Under the pieces are notes generated by a model. It saw only the letters and a list, made by a program, of their open reading frames with translations, was not told the origin of the DNA and made no database searches. From assembly GCA_050304755.1 (NCBI GenBank), contig JBNLED010000235.1, positions 700 through 64,699 on the forward strand: a stretch of 64,000 nucleotides of DNA. Reading direction: 5' to 3'. This DNA is from Polyangia bacterium. Lineage in GTDB: Bacteria; Myxococcota_A; Polyangia; JAAYKL01. Below are positions 31,319 to 40,857 of this stretch, in pieces (within the stretch, counting starts at the first letter, position 1; the number at the start of each line of letters is the position of its first letter). The translations under genes were made by a program, and so were the position numbers.

Positions 31319-31981
31319 ATGATGAATATCAATAGAACACTCGGGGAGTTGGTCACGGAGATGCCGGTTGCCGCGAAGGTGCTGCATCAACACGGGCTCG
31401 ATTTCTGCTGCGGTGGACAGCAGTCCATCGATCAGGCGTGCCGAGCAGAAGGATTGGATCCAGAGGCGCTCTTTCGGGAAATCGAAGCACAGACGCCCGG
31501 CTCGGACAAGGAGGTCCGCTGGGATCAACGTCCATTGGAGGATCTCATTTCGCATATCTTGAAGACCTATCACGAGCCCCTCAAGGTCGAGGTGCCGCGG
31601 CTCGTCGATCTCGCCGTCAAGGTCGAGGCGGTTCACGCGGACAAGCCCGATTGCCCGACCGGGCTCTCCAAGCTTCTCGCCGATATTCAGCTGGCCGTAG
31701 AGAGCCACCTCGCCAAAGAGGAGCAGATCCTCTTCCCGTTGATCATCGCCGGGCGGGGCCAAATCGCCCACATGCCGGTGCAGGTGATGCTCCACGAGCA
31801 CGACGATCACGGACGAAACCTGAGACGTATTCGGGAGCTCACCCACGATTTCCGTCTTCCGCAAGACGCCTGCGCGAGCTGGCGAGAGCTCTACCGGGCC
31901 CTGGCCGAGCTGGAGACCGAGCTGATGAAACACATTCATCTGGAGAACAACATACTCTTCCCCAGAGCGCTCGCCGAATAG
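31319..31981 (+). CDS. ric: Iron-sulfur cluster repair di-iron protein (Ric/YtfE/NorA family)
   Basis: DFCCGG, HLAKEEQILFP, MLHEHDDHG and HIHLENNILFP; start ATG 31319 behind AAGGAGG. Confidence 0.93.
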   Translation: MMNINRTLGELVTEMPVAAKVLHQHGLDFCCGGQQSIDQACRAEGLDPEALFREIEAQTPGSDKEVRWDQRPLEDLISHILKTYHEPLKVEVPRLVDLAVKVEAVHADKPDCPTGLSKLLADIQLAVESHLAKEEQILFPLIIAGRGQIAHMPVQVMLHEHDDHGRNLRRIRELTHDFRLPQDACASWRELYRALAELETELMKHIHLENNILFPRALAE

Positions 31982-32036
31982 CTTGAGAACGGAAAGAAGA
32001 ACCAAAATGAAACCCCCACCATGTCGGATGTCCTGA

Positions 32037-32170
32037 AACGTCAAGCACGCCCTCATCATCATGGTCAACCTCCCCTTGGCCCTGGTGGGTGGCATCACAA
32101 CATGTTCGTGTTGCCGACCATCTACGCCAAGGTCGCGCGGCCTGAACGCGGCAAAAGCGCTTCATCATCG
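32037..32170 (+). pseudogene. Internally deleted CzcA/CusA-type transporter remnant
   Basis: NVKHALIIMVNLPLALVGGI (late TM motif) joined in another frame to FVLPTIYAKVARP (final TM motif). Confidence 0.55.
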
Positions 32171-32389
32171 GATCCATCCTCCGACGCCTGGCGCAATTTG
32201 AGAACGGTGTATCATATTGGTATACCAAAAGTCGGATCTCCAGGGATGGCTGCCACGTTGTCCCGCTCGAAATCAAACGACATTACCCGTTGGCACGGTA
32301 TTGGCTTCCGCGTCGTGCCGCGGGGCAATCCCGTTACAACCATGGAGATAGCGATGCTAGCACAAGGACCGGGGCGATACGGAGAATTC

Positions 32390-32947
32390 ATGGATGGTCA
32401 TACAACGGCGACATTGGGAACACATCAGGGGCTTTCGTCGAATTCCGACGTCCGGACGGACCGGCAGTCGAAGACCGCTGCGGTTGACGTGGAGGCATAC
32501 TACACCCGGTACGCTCCCATGGTACTTCGTCGTTGCCGAAAACTCCTCGGAAGCGAGGAGGCGGCGTTGGATGCCCTGCAGGATACCTTTGTCAATGTCT
32601 TGCGAAATCGGGAGCGTCTCGCGGATGATTCCCCCAGCGGTCTGTTGTATCGGATAGCGACCAACGTATGCCTCAACAAGCTCAGGGCCGCGGCGAGAAA
32701 CAGGGAAACCGCGGGGACGGATTTGCTTCAACGAATCGCCCATACGGCGGCCCCCGAGGATCGCTTCATCGCCGCGAACCTGATCAGCAGACTGTTCGCG
32801 AGGCAGCGGGAGTCCACGCGCGCCATGGCCGTGATGCATCTACTGGACGGCATGACCGTGCGCGAAGTCGCCGAAGAGGTGGGGATGAGTGTCTCCGGTG
32901 TGCGGAAACGGCTTCGCCCGCTGAGGGATCAGCTGAGCACCGTATAG
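32390..32947 (+). CDS. ECF sigma-70 factor
   Basis: YAPMVLRRCRKLLGSEEAALDALQDTF, LLYRIATNVCLN and EVAEEVGMSVSGVRKRL; start ATG 32390 behind GGAG. Confidence 0.85.
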   Translation: MDGHTTATLGTHQGLSSNSDVRTDRQSKTAAVDVEAYYTRYAPMVLRRCRKLLGSEEAALDALQDTFVNVLRNRERLADDSPSGLLYRIATNVCLNKLRAAARNRETAGTDLLQRIAHTAAPEDRFIAANLISRLFARQRESTRAMAVMHLLDGMTVREVAEEVGMSVSGVRKRLRPLRDQLSTV

Positions 32948-33016
32948 CGCTTTGCCCCTGGCGTGGGGAATGTTAGAATATCGAGACAGGACAATCCGAA
33001 CGCGCAAGGGGATCAA

Positions 33017-34591
33017 ATGAAACTCTCAATGCTTTTTCTCATGGTGTGGCTGCTCTCTTTGCTGGGAGGGTGCCAGAAGGCCGAAGAGTCCGCCCCGGCA
33101 GACGGGGGCGATGAATCCACGGATACCGGCGGTTCGGACGGCGATACCGATAGCGACGGTGACGCCGATACCGACACGGACGCTGACGGTGATACGGACG
33201 CCGATACAGACAGCGACATGGACACCGATACAGACACGGACGGCGATACAGACACAGACGGCGATACAGACACAGACACGGACGCCGACGGCGATACGGA
33301 TGCTGATACCGACACGGACGCCGACGGAGACACGGACGCCGATGGAGACACGGATACCCTCACCGCAGACCCGGGGCTGGTGGACGTCCCCCTGACGAGC
33401 GCGGTGACGGACGTTCAGCCGATGACCGGGATGGTGCTGTGGAACGATCACCCGGACAGCGGATCGGAGGCGATCGCCCTCGAGTACTCCTATATGGCGT
33501 TCGACGATATCGCCGTCGACGCCGATCCTTCCGCCTGGCGCTGGGACGGAGTGGAAGGGTTGCTGGATGATATCGCCTCCCACGACCACCAGGCGGTGCT
33601 CCGCTTCTACTACGTCTACCCCGGATCGCCGACGACGGTCCCCGGCTACATCAAGGCGCTCGATGACTATACCGAGACAACCGCCGACTCCGAGGGCCGC
33701 CCCACGGGTTTTCCGGACTGGTCCCATCCGGAGCTCCAGGCGTTCACCAAGACCTTCTACTCCGAGCTCGCCGCCCGCTACGACGACGACGAGCGGCTCG
33801 CCTTCCTGCAGGTGGGGTTCGGCCTCTGGGGCGAGTATCACATCTACGACCCCGGCGAATCCCTGGGAGAGAACTTCCCGGACATGGCCTACCAGGAGGA
33901 GTTTTTCCGCCATCTCGAGGCCGCGTTCCGCACACTCCACTGGAGCATCTCCATCGACGCCGCCGATGGTTCCAACACCCCCTTCGAAGCGTTGCCCGAG
34001 CTCAAGGAGATCCCGTTCGGGCTGTTCGATGATTCATTCCTCCACGAGGACCACGGCGACTACAACAAGGAATGCTTCGACTTCTTCGGCGCCGAAAAGC
34101 GGCTCGCCTCCCCGGTGGGGGGAGAACTCAGCTACTTCACCGACTATGATCAGCAGCACGCGCTGGATCTCCCTTCCGGCCCCCACGGGATCCCCTTCGA
34201 GACCCTGGCTGGCGAGTACAACGTCACCTACATGATCGGCAACGACCAACCGGACTATCACCCCTTCGACCGGATCCGCGACGCCGGCATGGCCCTGGGG
34301 TATCGCTTCCGGGTGCGATCCTTCCGGGCCTCTTCCTCCCGCTCCCTCGTCGCCGTGGAGAACACCGGGATCGCCCCCATCTACTATGATGCGTACGTCG
34401 CGGTGGACGGCGTCCGCTCTCCCGACTCCCTGAGGGAGTTGCTCCCCGGCGACCGCCGCGAATACGAGATCCCGGCGGGCGGGGCCGAGCCCGTCCTGAC
34501 GATCGAATGCGACAGGCTCCTTTCGGGACAGCGCATCCAGTTCGACGCGGACCTGCCGGAGGGCGAGCTCAAGAGGTCACAGGAGCAGTAA
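33017..34591 (+). CDS. Lipoprotein with (Asp-X)n stalk and DUF4832-type putative glycoside hydrolase domain
   Basis: Lipobox LLGG-C; acidic repeat; LRFYYVYPG, QVGFGLWGEYH and LGYRFRV..VENTGIAPIYYD. Confidence 0.75.
   Translation: MKLSMLFLMVWLLSLLGGCQKAEESAPADGGDESTDTGGSDGDTDSDGDADTDTDADGDTDADTDSDMDTDTDTDGDTDTDGDTDTDTDADGDTDADTDTDADGDTDADGDTDTLTADPGLVDVPLTSAVTDVQPMTGMVLWNDHPDSGSEAIALEYSYMAFDDIAVDADPSAWRWDGVEGLLDDIASHDHQAVLRFYYVYPGSPTTVPGYIKALDDYTETTADSEGRPTGFPDWSHPELQAFTKTFYSELAARYDDDERLAFLQVGFGLWGEYHIYDPGESLGENFPDMAYQEEFFRHLEAAFRTLHWSISIDAADGSNTPFEALPELKEIPFGLFDDSFLHEDHGDYNKECFDFFGAEKRLASPVGGELSYFTDYDQQHALDLPSGPHGIPFETLAGEYNVTYMIGNDQPDYHPFDRIRDAGMALGYRFRVRSFRASSSRSLVAVENTGIAPIYYDAYVAVDGVRSPDSLRELLPGDRREYEIPAGGAEPVLTIECDRLLSGQRIQFDADLPEGELKRSQEQ
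33137..33358 (+). repeat. (Asp-X)n coding repeat, about 74 aa
   Basis: DGDTDSDGDADTDTD... alternating Asp. Confidence 0.95.
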
Positions 34592-34659
34592 TGACGCTAC
34601 TTCGGCAGGCCGCGGTCGCGCCCCCAGGTTACCGTCGGGCGATCGGAAACCTCGGAGAT

Positions 34660-34880
34660 ATTGAAGAAGGGGGGATCGCCTATCAATACCAGGATGGAAG
34701 CACGCCGAAGGGACAACGAACGAAGAGTATCGACGCCTTTCAATCGGGTTTGGGAGAGGTCTTTCATCAGTCCGAAAGCCGGCGGTCTCGGTTTGAACCT
34801 GACGGCCGCGGATTATCTGATCCACAAGGACCCCTGGTGGAACCCCACTGTCGAGGATCAAGCGCCGGATCGCGCGGAGG
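34660..34880 (+). pseudogene. SNF2-family helicase C-terminal domain remnant
   Basis: [19 protein letters not shown], frameshift near 34760, then [37 protein letters not shown]. Confidence 0.85.
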
Positions 34881-34931
34881 ACGACGCCGGTTGTAGTGGG
34901 ATCACCTTGAGCGCTGGACGCGAACCGCCGG

Positions 34932-35234
34932 CTATTTCTTCGGCGGCACCACCGTATCCTTGAAGGCCTTGGAGAGGCGCATCTTCACGACGGTCTTGGC
35001 GGGGATCTTGATGGCCTCGCCGGTCTGCGGATTGCGCCCCATCCTCGCCTTGCGTTTCTGTTTGACGAGCTTCCCCACCCCGGGAATCGTGAACTCCCCA
35101 GCGCTCTTTGTCTGCTTGGCGGCCAGCGCACCGAGCTCCTCCAGGATGCCCTTCGAGGTCGCCTTCGTGAGGTCATACTTTTCGGCGAGGTAGTTGACTA
35201 CCTCTGTCTTGGTCATGGGTTTCTTTGCCGGCAT
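34932..35234 (-). CDS. HU/IHF family DNA-binding protein
   Basis: [16 protein letters not shown] and [20 protein letters not shown]; ATG 35234 behind AAGGAGG. Confidence 0.92.
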   Translation of the reverse strand: MPAKKPMTKTEVVNYLAEKYDLTKATSKGILEELGALAAKQTKSAGEFTIPGVGKLVKQKRKARMGRNPQTGEAIKIPAKTVVKMRLSKAFKDTVVPPKK

Positions 35235-35469
35235 GTCTGCCTCCTTTGTCCATTGTCGTGTTGAATGGGTGTTGATGATAAAAACGTTATGAACGAAAAT
35301 TCCCGGTACGCAACACGAAACGATGTTTTGAGGCGGTGACATCTCAACGGGTGACAGTTACGAGCGGCCCTCGCCGCTGGCCCAAGGTCCCTCGGAAAAG
35401 TATAAAACGAAGGTGAGAGCATACGCGTTTCCCGCTAAGATTGGGAGATGATTCGGCGCACGCCGGTTA

Positions 35470-35700
35470 TTCCTGCGGAAAGATCTGCCCCCCCCTGTGG
35501 GAACAGCTGACACCCCTGCGGGAAGACTCGATACCCCTGTGGGAAGATCTCCCCGATCTGCGGGAAGATGCCCACACCCCGCAGAAAACCCCGCCCCCCC
35601 TGCGGGAAGATGCTCACGCCCCTGCGGGAAGAGCTGCCCCCTTGCGGGAAGACCTCACACGCCTGTGGGAAGACGCCGACACTCCCACGGGAAGGCCCCC
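35470..35700. repeat. Degenerate tandem repeat of about 21 bp, about 11 units
   Basis: Core CCCCTG(C/T)GGGAAGA recurring at 20-22 bp intervals. Confidence 0.85.
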
Positions 35701-35768
35701 ACGGGGGGGCTCTGCAAATTTATAAGTAGGCATCAATCCCCAATTTCATGTTACTTTTTTCACTCGAG

Positions 35769-36074
35769 ATGCTGAACCAGACCCGTTATCACAACGCCAG
35801 ACGTCGCGGACAGAAAGTGGACAAATCCAAGTTCATCGAAGTCTGGCAGTTTCAGATCGCCGTCCCGCCGGAGCTCAAAGAGAAGAGCAGCGCTGAACAA
35901 AGGGCCTACATCAAAGAAGCGTTGGGCAACGCCGAGCAAAGCTTTCAAAAGGGCCGGGGATACACCCCCGTCCTCGGCGTCAACAACATCATGAGGCAGC
36001 AGCCGTTGGACCGGCCGCTCGCCCCTGCTTTTCGACCTCGGATCAAGATATTCTGCCGGCAAAGCGCACGATGA
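35769..36074 (+). pseudogene. Possible C-terminal fragment of an IS200/RAYT-like transposase
   Basis: RYHNARRRGQKVD...VLGVNNIMRQQPLDRP..FRPRI recalls the C-terminal part of myxobacterial RAYT-like proteins; no HUH motif present. Confidence 0.3.
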
Positions 36075-36466
36075 TCGTCTCGCCACGGGCTTTCTTCTAC
36101 CGCCATTGATGGTGGCGGAGGTCTTGAACGCTCTCGCGGCCGCCGTAATTCGTACACGTGATGCCAGAGCGCGGTGAACCTCAGCTCCTTATCGTTACGA
36201 GCTGCTTGCCGTATCCGGTCCAGCGCGCTTTGCAGGGCTTCCCGGTCCTATGCCCGGTCCCTGGTTTGCTGGGCCGACGTGGGATCTCCCGGCGTAAGAA
36301 TCTCTCATTCTCTACATCTCGCCGGTTTGTGCCGGCGCACGGACGGACATGATTTCTGCACTTTCTAAATGGTATCTCCATGCCCACCGTCATAAAAAGC
36401 GCCAGACCTACTGGAAATTTTTCTATATAATTCGTTGGGATTGGCAATGGGAAGGGCCGGGTCGAA

Positions 36467-36856
36467 ATGAGCAATTCTTCGAGAAGATACGTTCCGTGCG
36501 GGATGGTTCTCTGGCTGATGGGCGTGGGCTGCAGTCCTTTCGTCGAGGAGGGTATCGGGCCTGAAACGAACGAGGGACAAACCGGTTCGACGAGTAAGGC
36601 TGCTCCTGAGAGCGAGCTTCGGGAGATGGCAGGCGCAAAAACCAAGACTGCCGCGCTGGATAAGAAGAGCGCAGCGTCAGAATCGAAATTATCAGCCCTT
36701 GCGACGGACTCTGAACCGGCGAGCTCGTTCTTTGAGATATGTGAGAGGAAGCTGATGAAGCAGGGCGTGAACAGCGTTGACGCGCACAATTGGTGCGGCG
36801 GCCAGGTGGGAGACAGTTTCGGGTACGGTGAGCTGAATTTCGTTGGGGCATCTTGA
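36467..36856 (+). CDS. Hypothetical lipoprotein (possibly degraded)
   Basis: MVLWLMGVG-C lipobox-like start; low-complexity middle. Confidence 0.4.
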   Translation: MSNSSRRYVPCGMVLWLMGVGCSPFVEEGIGPETNEGQTGSTSKAAPESELREMAGAKTKTAALDKKSAASESKLSALATDSEPASSFFEICERKLMKQGVNSVDAHNWCGGQVGDSFGYGELNFVGAS

Positions 36857-37608
36857 AGAGGCGCTGCAGAATTGAGGGGGCGCTCGTCCCTGAAGAGGCT
36901 CTCCGATGTCGAGCTCGATGAATTCAAAAAGACCGGGGCAATGCCCTGAGGCGCGAGGAGGATTTATCGCGAATGAGCGAGACCACCAATAATCAACTTG
37001 TGTGTTCGCCAAGACGATGCAACACTTCGCGGCAGGTCCTCGATGGCGTTGTCGGGGGACCGGCGGCGATTTCTTCAATAGGAAACTCGATTCAGGTCGT
37101 CTGGAATGACAATTTGGGTTCGCTGCGATATCGTCTAGCGCCGATTTCGGACATCGGTACGGAACCGGATGTTGTCATAATTGATTCGGATGAATACGGA
37201 GGGGTTCATCGTCCAACGTCCAACTCCATGATCAGCAGAGCCACCGCCGATCGCACCGGCCAGGTCGCCGCCTCAGCTGGAATTCGAATAGCAGCAGTCG
37301 AGGGGTTAGGCGAGTCAACGGAGCTCGAACGCCCTCGGGGGAATCCCAACCGTTCGATCCCAAAATTGGACACACCGCCTTCTCTAATCTCAAATTCTGA
37401 CACTTGATCCCGACCGTCCGCGCGGATCATCAAAAACGCCACCGCGAGACGCTGCTGACCCGTCAGACGATAACTCGCTGGAATAAGTTATCTTTTTTTG
37501 ACAAGCCCACCCCTACAGGCCCCTCTTTCCGCGCTTCCCCCGCCGCCGCTTTGAAATCGGCACATTTTTTTCATTGAGGTTACACCTCAAACAGTTGCAA
37601 AACAGATT

Positions 37609-39516
37609 ATGCAACCTGTCATGAATAGCGAGGTAAAAGAGAAAATGTCGTTGATATCTTCGATGGAAGTGAGTGCAAGATTGATCTGGGTTCTCCTCAC
37701 GGTAGCAATACTGGCGCAATGCGGAGGTGATGATTCGAACGATACGAAAAAGCCTAACGCCTCGAAGGACAAGGATTCTGAAACCGCTACCGACACCAAT
37801 GACACCGACACCGGCTCGGGGGACTCGAACATCGAGTACCAGCAGGCCCTGCTCATCGATGACTTCGAGGATGGGGACTATGTACCGCTCGTCGGCAACG
37901 GATGGTACACCTATGACGATTCCAATGACGAAGGCGCCTCCACGGTGACCGTCACCGAAGAGGATGATCAGGTGACCGCCACCGGTGAGGGATACGAATC
38001 CGAGCGGTCGCTTGCCGTGAGCTACGCGCTCGACCAGGGAGACTGGCAGTACGACCCCTACGTCGGCTGGGGAGTCAACCTCGGCGATGAGGAGACGCCG
38101 TATGATGCCTCCGTTTTCGGCGGCGTCACTTACATGTACAAAGGAAACGCCCACATCACGATGGTGCAGATTTTAGATGTGACCGATTGGGACGATTACC
38201 ACGTTACCGTACCGGCGGCGGAACAGTGGACCCGCGCCACTCTGCCCTTCACCGATTTCGCGCAGGACGGGTGGGGGAGGCTCGTGGCGTTCAACCTCGA
38301 GAATACGGTCAACCTCGGCTGGCAGGTCAAAGGCGCCACCGGCGACGAAGGCGAGGTCCTCATCGACGACGTCGCTTTCCTGGAATCCATCGACGCCGAG
38401 ACGGACACGGATCTGATCATACACGACCCGGAGCCCCCCGAGGAGGAGACCCTCGACAGCCTCGAAATCGACAATCCGTTACAGGCGCTAGCCATGGAAA
38501 CGCTGGACAAGGGATACAACATCACCAACTGGCTGGAGGAAGATAAATTTGAATCGTATAAATACGATGAAACCTATGTCAACGCGCTGGCGGACAACGG
38601 GTTCAAAGCCCTCAGGCTGCCCATCGACCTCGATCTGTACATCGCCGATCGCGACGCCCACCTCGAGGGGGATGCGGATTTCGCCATCGAGGAGGTGCTC
38701 TTCGAGATCCTCGACAACTTCGACCAATGGACCGCGGCGACGGGTATGAGCCTTACCATCGATTATCATCAGTACGACAATTCCTTTGATATGAGCAATG
38801 ATCGGTACATGGACGCGGTGGTTCGGCTCTGGACCGCGGTGGCCGGCCATTTTGCCGACAGTCCGCGCGTCGACCTCTTTTACGAGATCATGAACGAGCC
38901 CGAGCTCGCCGGTGGGGTCGACGCGGTTGATCAATCCGATTGGACCGACTTCGCCACAGAGATCATCGACGGTATCCGGAGCGCGGACACCACCCACACG
39001 ATCCTCTTCGGCGACGTGAGCTGGAACGCCATCTCTCCGCTCATCCGGCGCGACCCGTTCGACGACGACAACATTATCTACGTTTTTCATTTCTACGAGC
39101 CGTTCGTGTTCACCCACCAAGGTGCGACCTGGAGCGGCATGGGCACCGTCAGGGACATCCCCTACCCCTATTCGAAGGATCGCTGGTCGGAATACTCCTC
39201 GGACTTCGGATTCTCACCCAACACCGAATCGTGGATCATCTCCGCGCTCAACCAATATTACCGAGAAGGTTTCAAATCATGGATGAAAAACCAAATTATC
39301 GATGCCAAACAGTGGGCAGTCGACAACAATGTGCCGGTGATCTGCAACGAGTTCGGCGCCTATGATCGCTCCAGCACCAAAGAGGACCGCGTTCGCTACA
39401 CCACCGACCTCGTGGATATCTTCGAAGAGCTGGAGATCCCCTGGCAGCATTGGTTCATGACCGTAGACGATGACGGCGAGATGGACCCGGACCTGAAAGA
39501 GGCGTTCGATTTGTAA
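37609..39516 (+). CDS. Lipoprotein: CBM11/CIA30-like module plus GH5 endoglucanase
   Basis: ILAQ-C lipobox, short acidic linker, LLIDDFEDGD..WYTYDD, and GH5 catalytic YEIMNEP and VICNEFG, HFYEPFVFTHQG; exact start uncertain. Confidence 0.88.
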   Translation: MQPVMNSEVKEKMSLISSMEVSARLIWVLLTVAILAQCGGDDSNDTKKPNASKDKDSETATDTNDTDTGSGDSNIEYQQALLIDDFEDGDYVPLVGNGWYTYDDSNDEGASTVTVTEEDDQVTATGEGYESERSLAVSYALDQGDWQYDPYVGWGVNLGDEETPYDASVFGGVTYMYKGNAHITMVQILDVTDWDDYHVTVPAAEQWTRATLPFTDFAQDGWGRLVAFNLENTVNLGWQVKGATGDEGEVLIDDVAFLESIDAETDTDLIIHDPEPPEEETLDSLEIDNPLQALAMETLDKGYNITNWLEEDKFESYKYDETYVNALADNGFKALRLPIDLDLYIADRDAHLEGDADFAIEEVLFEILDNFDQWTAATGMSLTIDYHQYDNSFDMSNDRYMDAVVRLWTAVAGHFADSPRVDLFYEIMNEPELAGGVDAVDQSDWTDFATEIIDGIRSADTTHTILFGDVSWNAISPLIRRDPFDDDNIIYVFHFYEPFVFTHQGATWSGMGTVRDIPYPYSKDRWSEYSSDFGFSPNTESWIISALNQYYREGFKSWMKNQIIDAKQWAVDNNVPVICNEFGAYDRSSTKEDRVRYTTDLVDIFEELEIPWQHWFMTVDDDGEMDPDLKEAFDL

Positions 39517-39539
39517 CCCAGGGAGACTTGTAGAGACCT

Positions 39540-40222
39540 GTTTCCGTGGGGAGATGAGACCACGAAGACGTGTGGAGCGTCATGCCGAGAACCTCGCTAA
39601 CCTTCCGATGCGTCATGTACGTGCTCCTCTGCAGCGCCCACACCGCGAATCGCCGTTCGAATTCCCTCCGCGCCCGCGAACGCTCTCTTTCAGTCTTTCA
39701 GCGCTCGCTCCGGTTATTTGACAGATCGCCTCTACCAGCCCGCGAACACCTCCGTGGTCAACCATTCCGGCTCCTGGTCCTTACCCATGTAGCGCCTATG
39801 GCTCGTCCATCCCCGAACGCCGTCCAGCCGGGTGTCAGCCCGGCCCTCAACGGGTTCAGATGGATATAGGCCACGAGGTACATGTGATACGCCTCGTATC
39901 TCACGAGCTGGCTCTTGAACCGTCCGCGAAAAAGCGAGCCGTTTCGCCGGTGTCGGCGATTGAAGCGCTAGGTGTACGTGGCGCCCAAGTTTTTCATCGC
40001 GGAAGACAGATTGCCAAGCGGCGACCTGACCAGCAGGAGATGGTGATTCGGCATCAGCGAATAGGCGTGCACCTCTATGCCAAAACGCTCTATCATGTCA
40101 TCGATGGTGTTCTAAAAATCGAGTGCGTCGTCGTCATTCAGAAATATCTTTGCCCGGTTTCTACCGCGGTTCATGACATGGTGCCATGCGCCCCTGTAGT
40201 CTTCTCTGATTGGTCGCGCCAT
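39540..40222 (-). pseudogene. REP-associated tyrosine transposase (RAYT, IS200/IS605 superfamily) pseudogene
   Basis: MARPIREDYRGAWHHVMNRG..AYSLMPNHHLLL..GSLFRGRFKS..YIHLNPLRAG; in-frame TAG at 40112-40114 and 39968-39970, then a frameshift; degraded C-terminal HTH. Confidence 0.9.
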
Positions 40223-40534
40223 GAGCAGACACTATGTGATAAAATGTCTTTGTCTAGGCCCTTAATTGCCGAAACGCCACGAGCATTGAAGAAAGGACCC
40301 CATCCCTCTACAATGCCTACGGGCACCAAAATCCACTGTCAAAGAAACGGCCTCTCGGTCAATGGGCACGTGCGTCCTGGTGGCCGAAACCTTCACTTTC
40401 AGAGAATCTTTGCAGTGCGAGAGGACGTTCTCCCTATGCGCGGACAACCGCTCTTGCACCCAAACACAATACCGAGACAACAAGAATTCGGTTCACGGTG
40501 TAAGGTGTTGATGCTATGAGAAAAAAATGAACTC

Positions 40535-40563
40535 TTGACGCGTAGTTCGAAGAGGGCTTTTAA
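40535..40563 (+). promoter_or_regulatory. Possible sigma70 promoter
   Basis: TTGACG-N17-TTTAAT in an AT-rich gap upstream of the CE1 gene. Confidence 0.35.
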
Positions 40564-40857
40564 TATGACTACGCTCTTCGACCACGTGTAGGAGATTCAA
40601 TGCAAGTTACAATCGAATATTCGATGCGATGAGCCGTTTGCACGACAGCGGGGCCATCTCCACCATCGGTCAGATGCCGGACACCGGCCTGGTGTCGACA
40701 GAGGACTACGTGTTTCCAGCGAATCGCGCTGTAACTTCGGGGGGAGGCAGCATCGGCATAAGGAGCAGCGGCGATGCTTCGAACTCGGTGTGGTATTATC
40801 GCCGACGAGTCCGAAAGGGAATACTATCCGGGCTCGCTTGAAGGAAAGGTTTAGAAA

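Noticed and set aside
35470-35700. CRISPR array
   Set aside because: The period is only about 21 bp with about 7 variable nt, too short for spacers; the repeats are degenerate and no cas genes are nearby.
36973-37407. 144-aa ORF after the hypothetical lipoprotein
   Set aside because: No recognisable motif or clear signal; it may be a decayed continuation of the upstream gene, and I cannot support it as a CDS.
37558-37573. sigma54 promoter upstream of the GH5 gene (CGGCACATTTTTTTCA)
   Set aside because: The conserved G of the -12 GC element is missing.
39860-40519. 219-aa plus-strand ORF
   Set aside because: It is the antisense shadow of the RAYT pseudogene.
40600-40632. MQVTIEYSMR-TGA as a SelW/Rdx-type selenoprotein start (YCxxU spacing)
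   Set aside because: The Cys is absent (Ser), the downstream frame does not resemble Rdx, and I could not identify a SECIS; at most a degraded relic.
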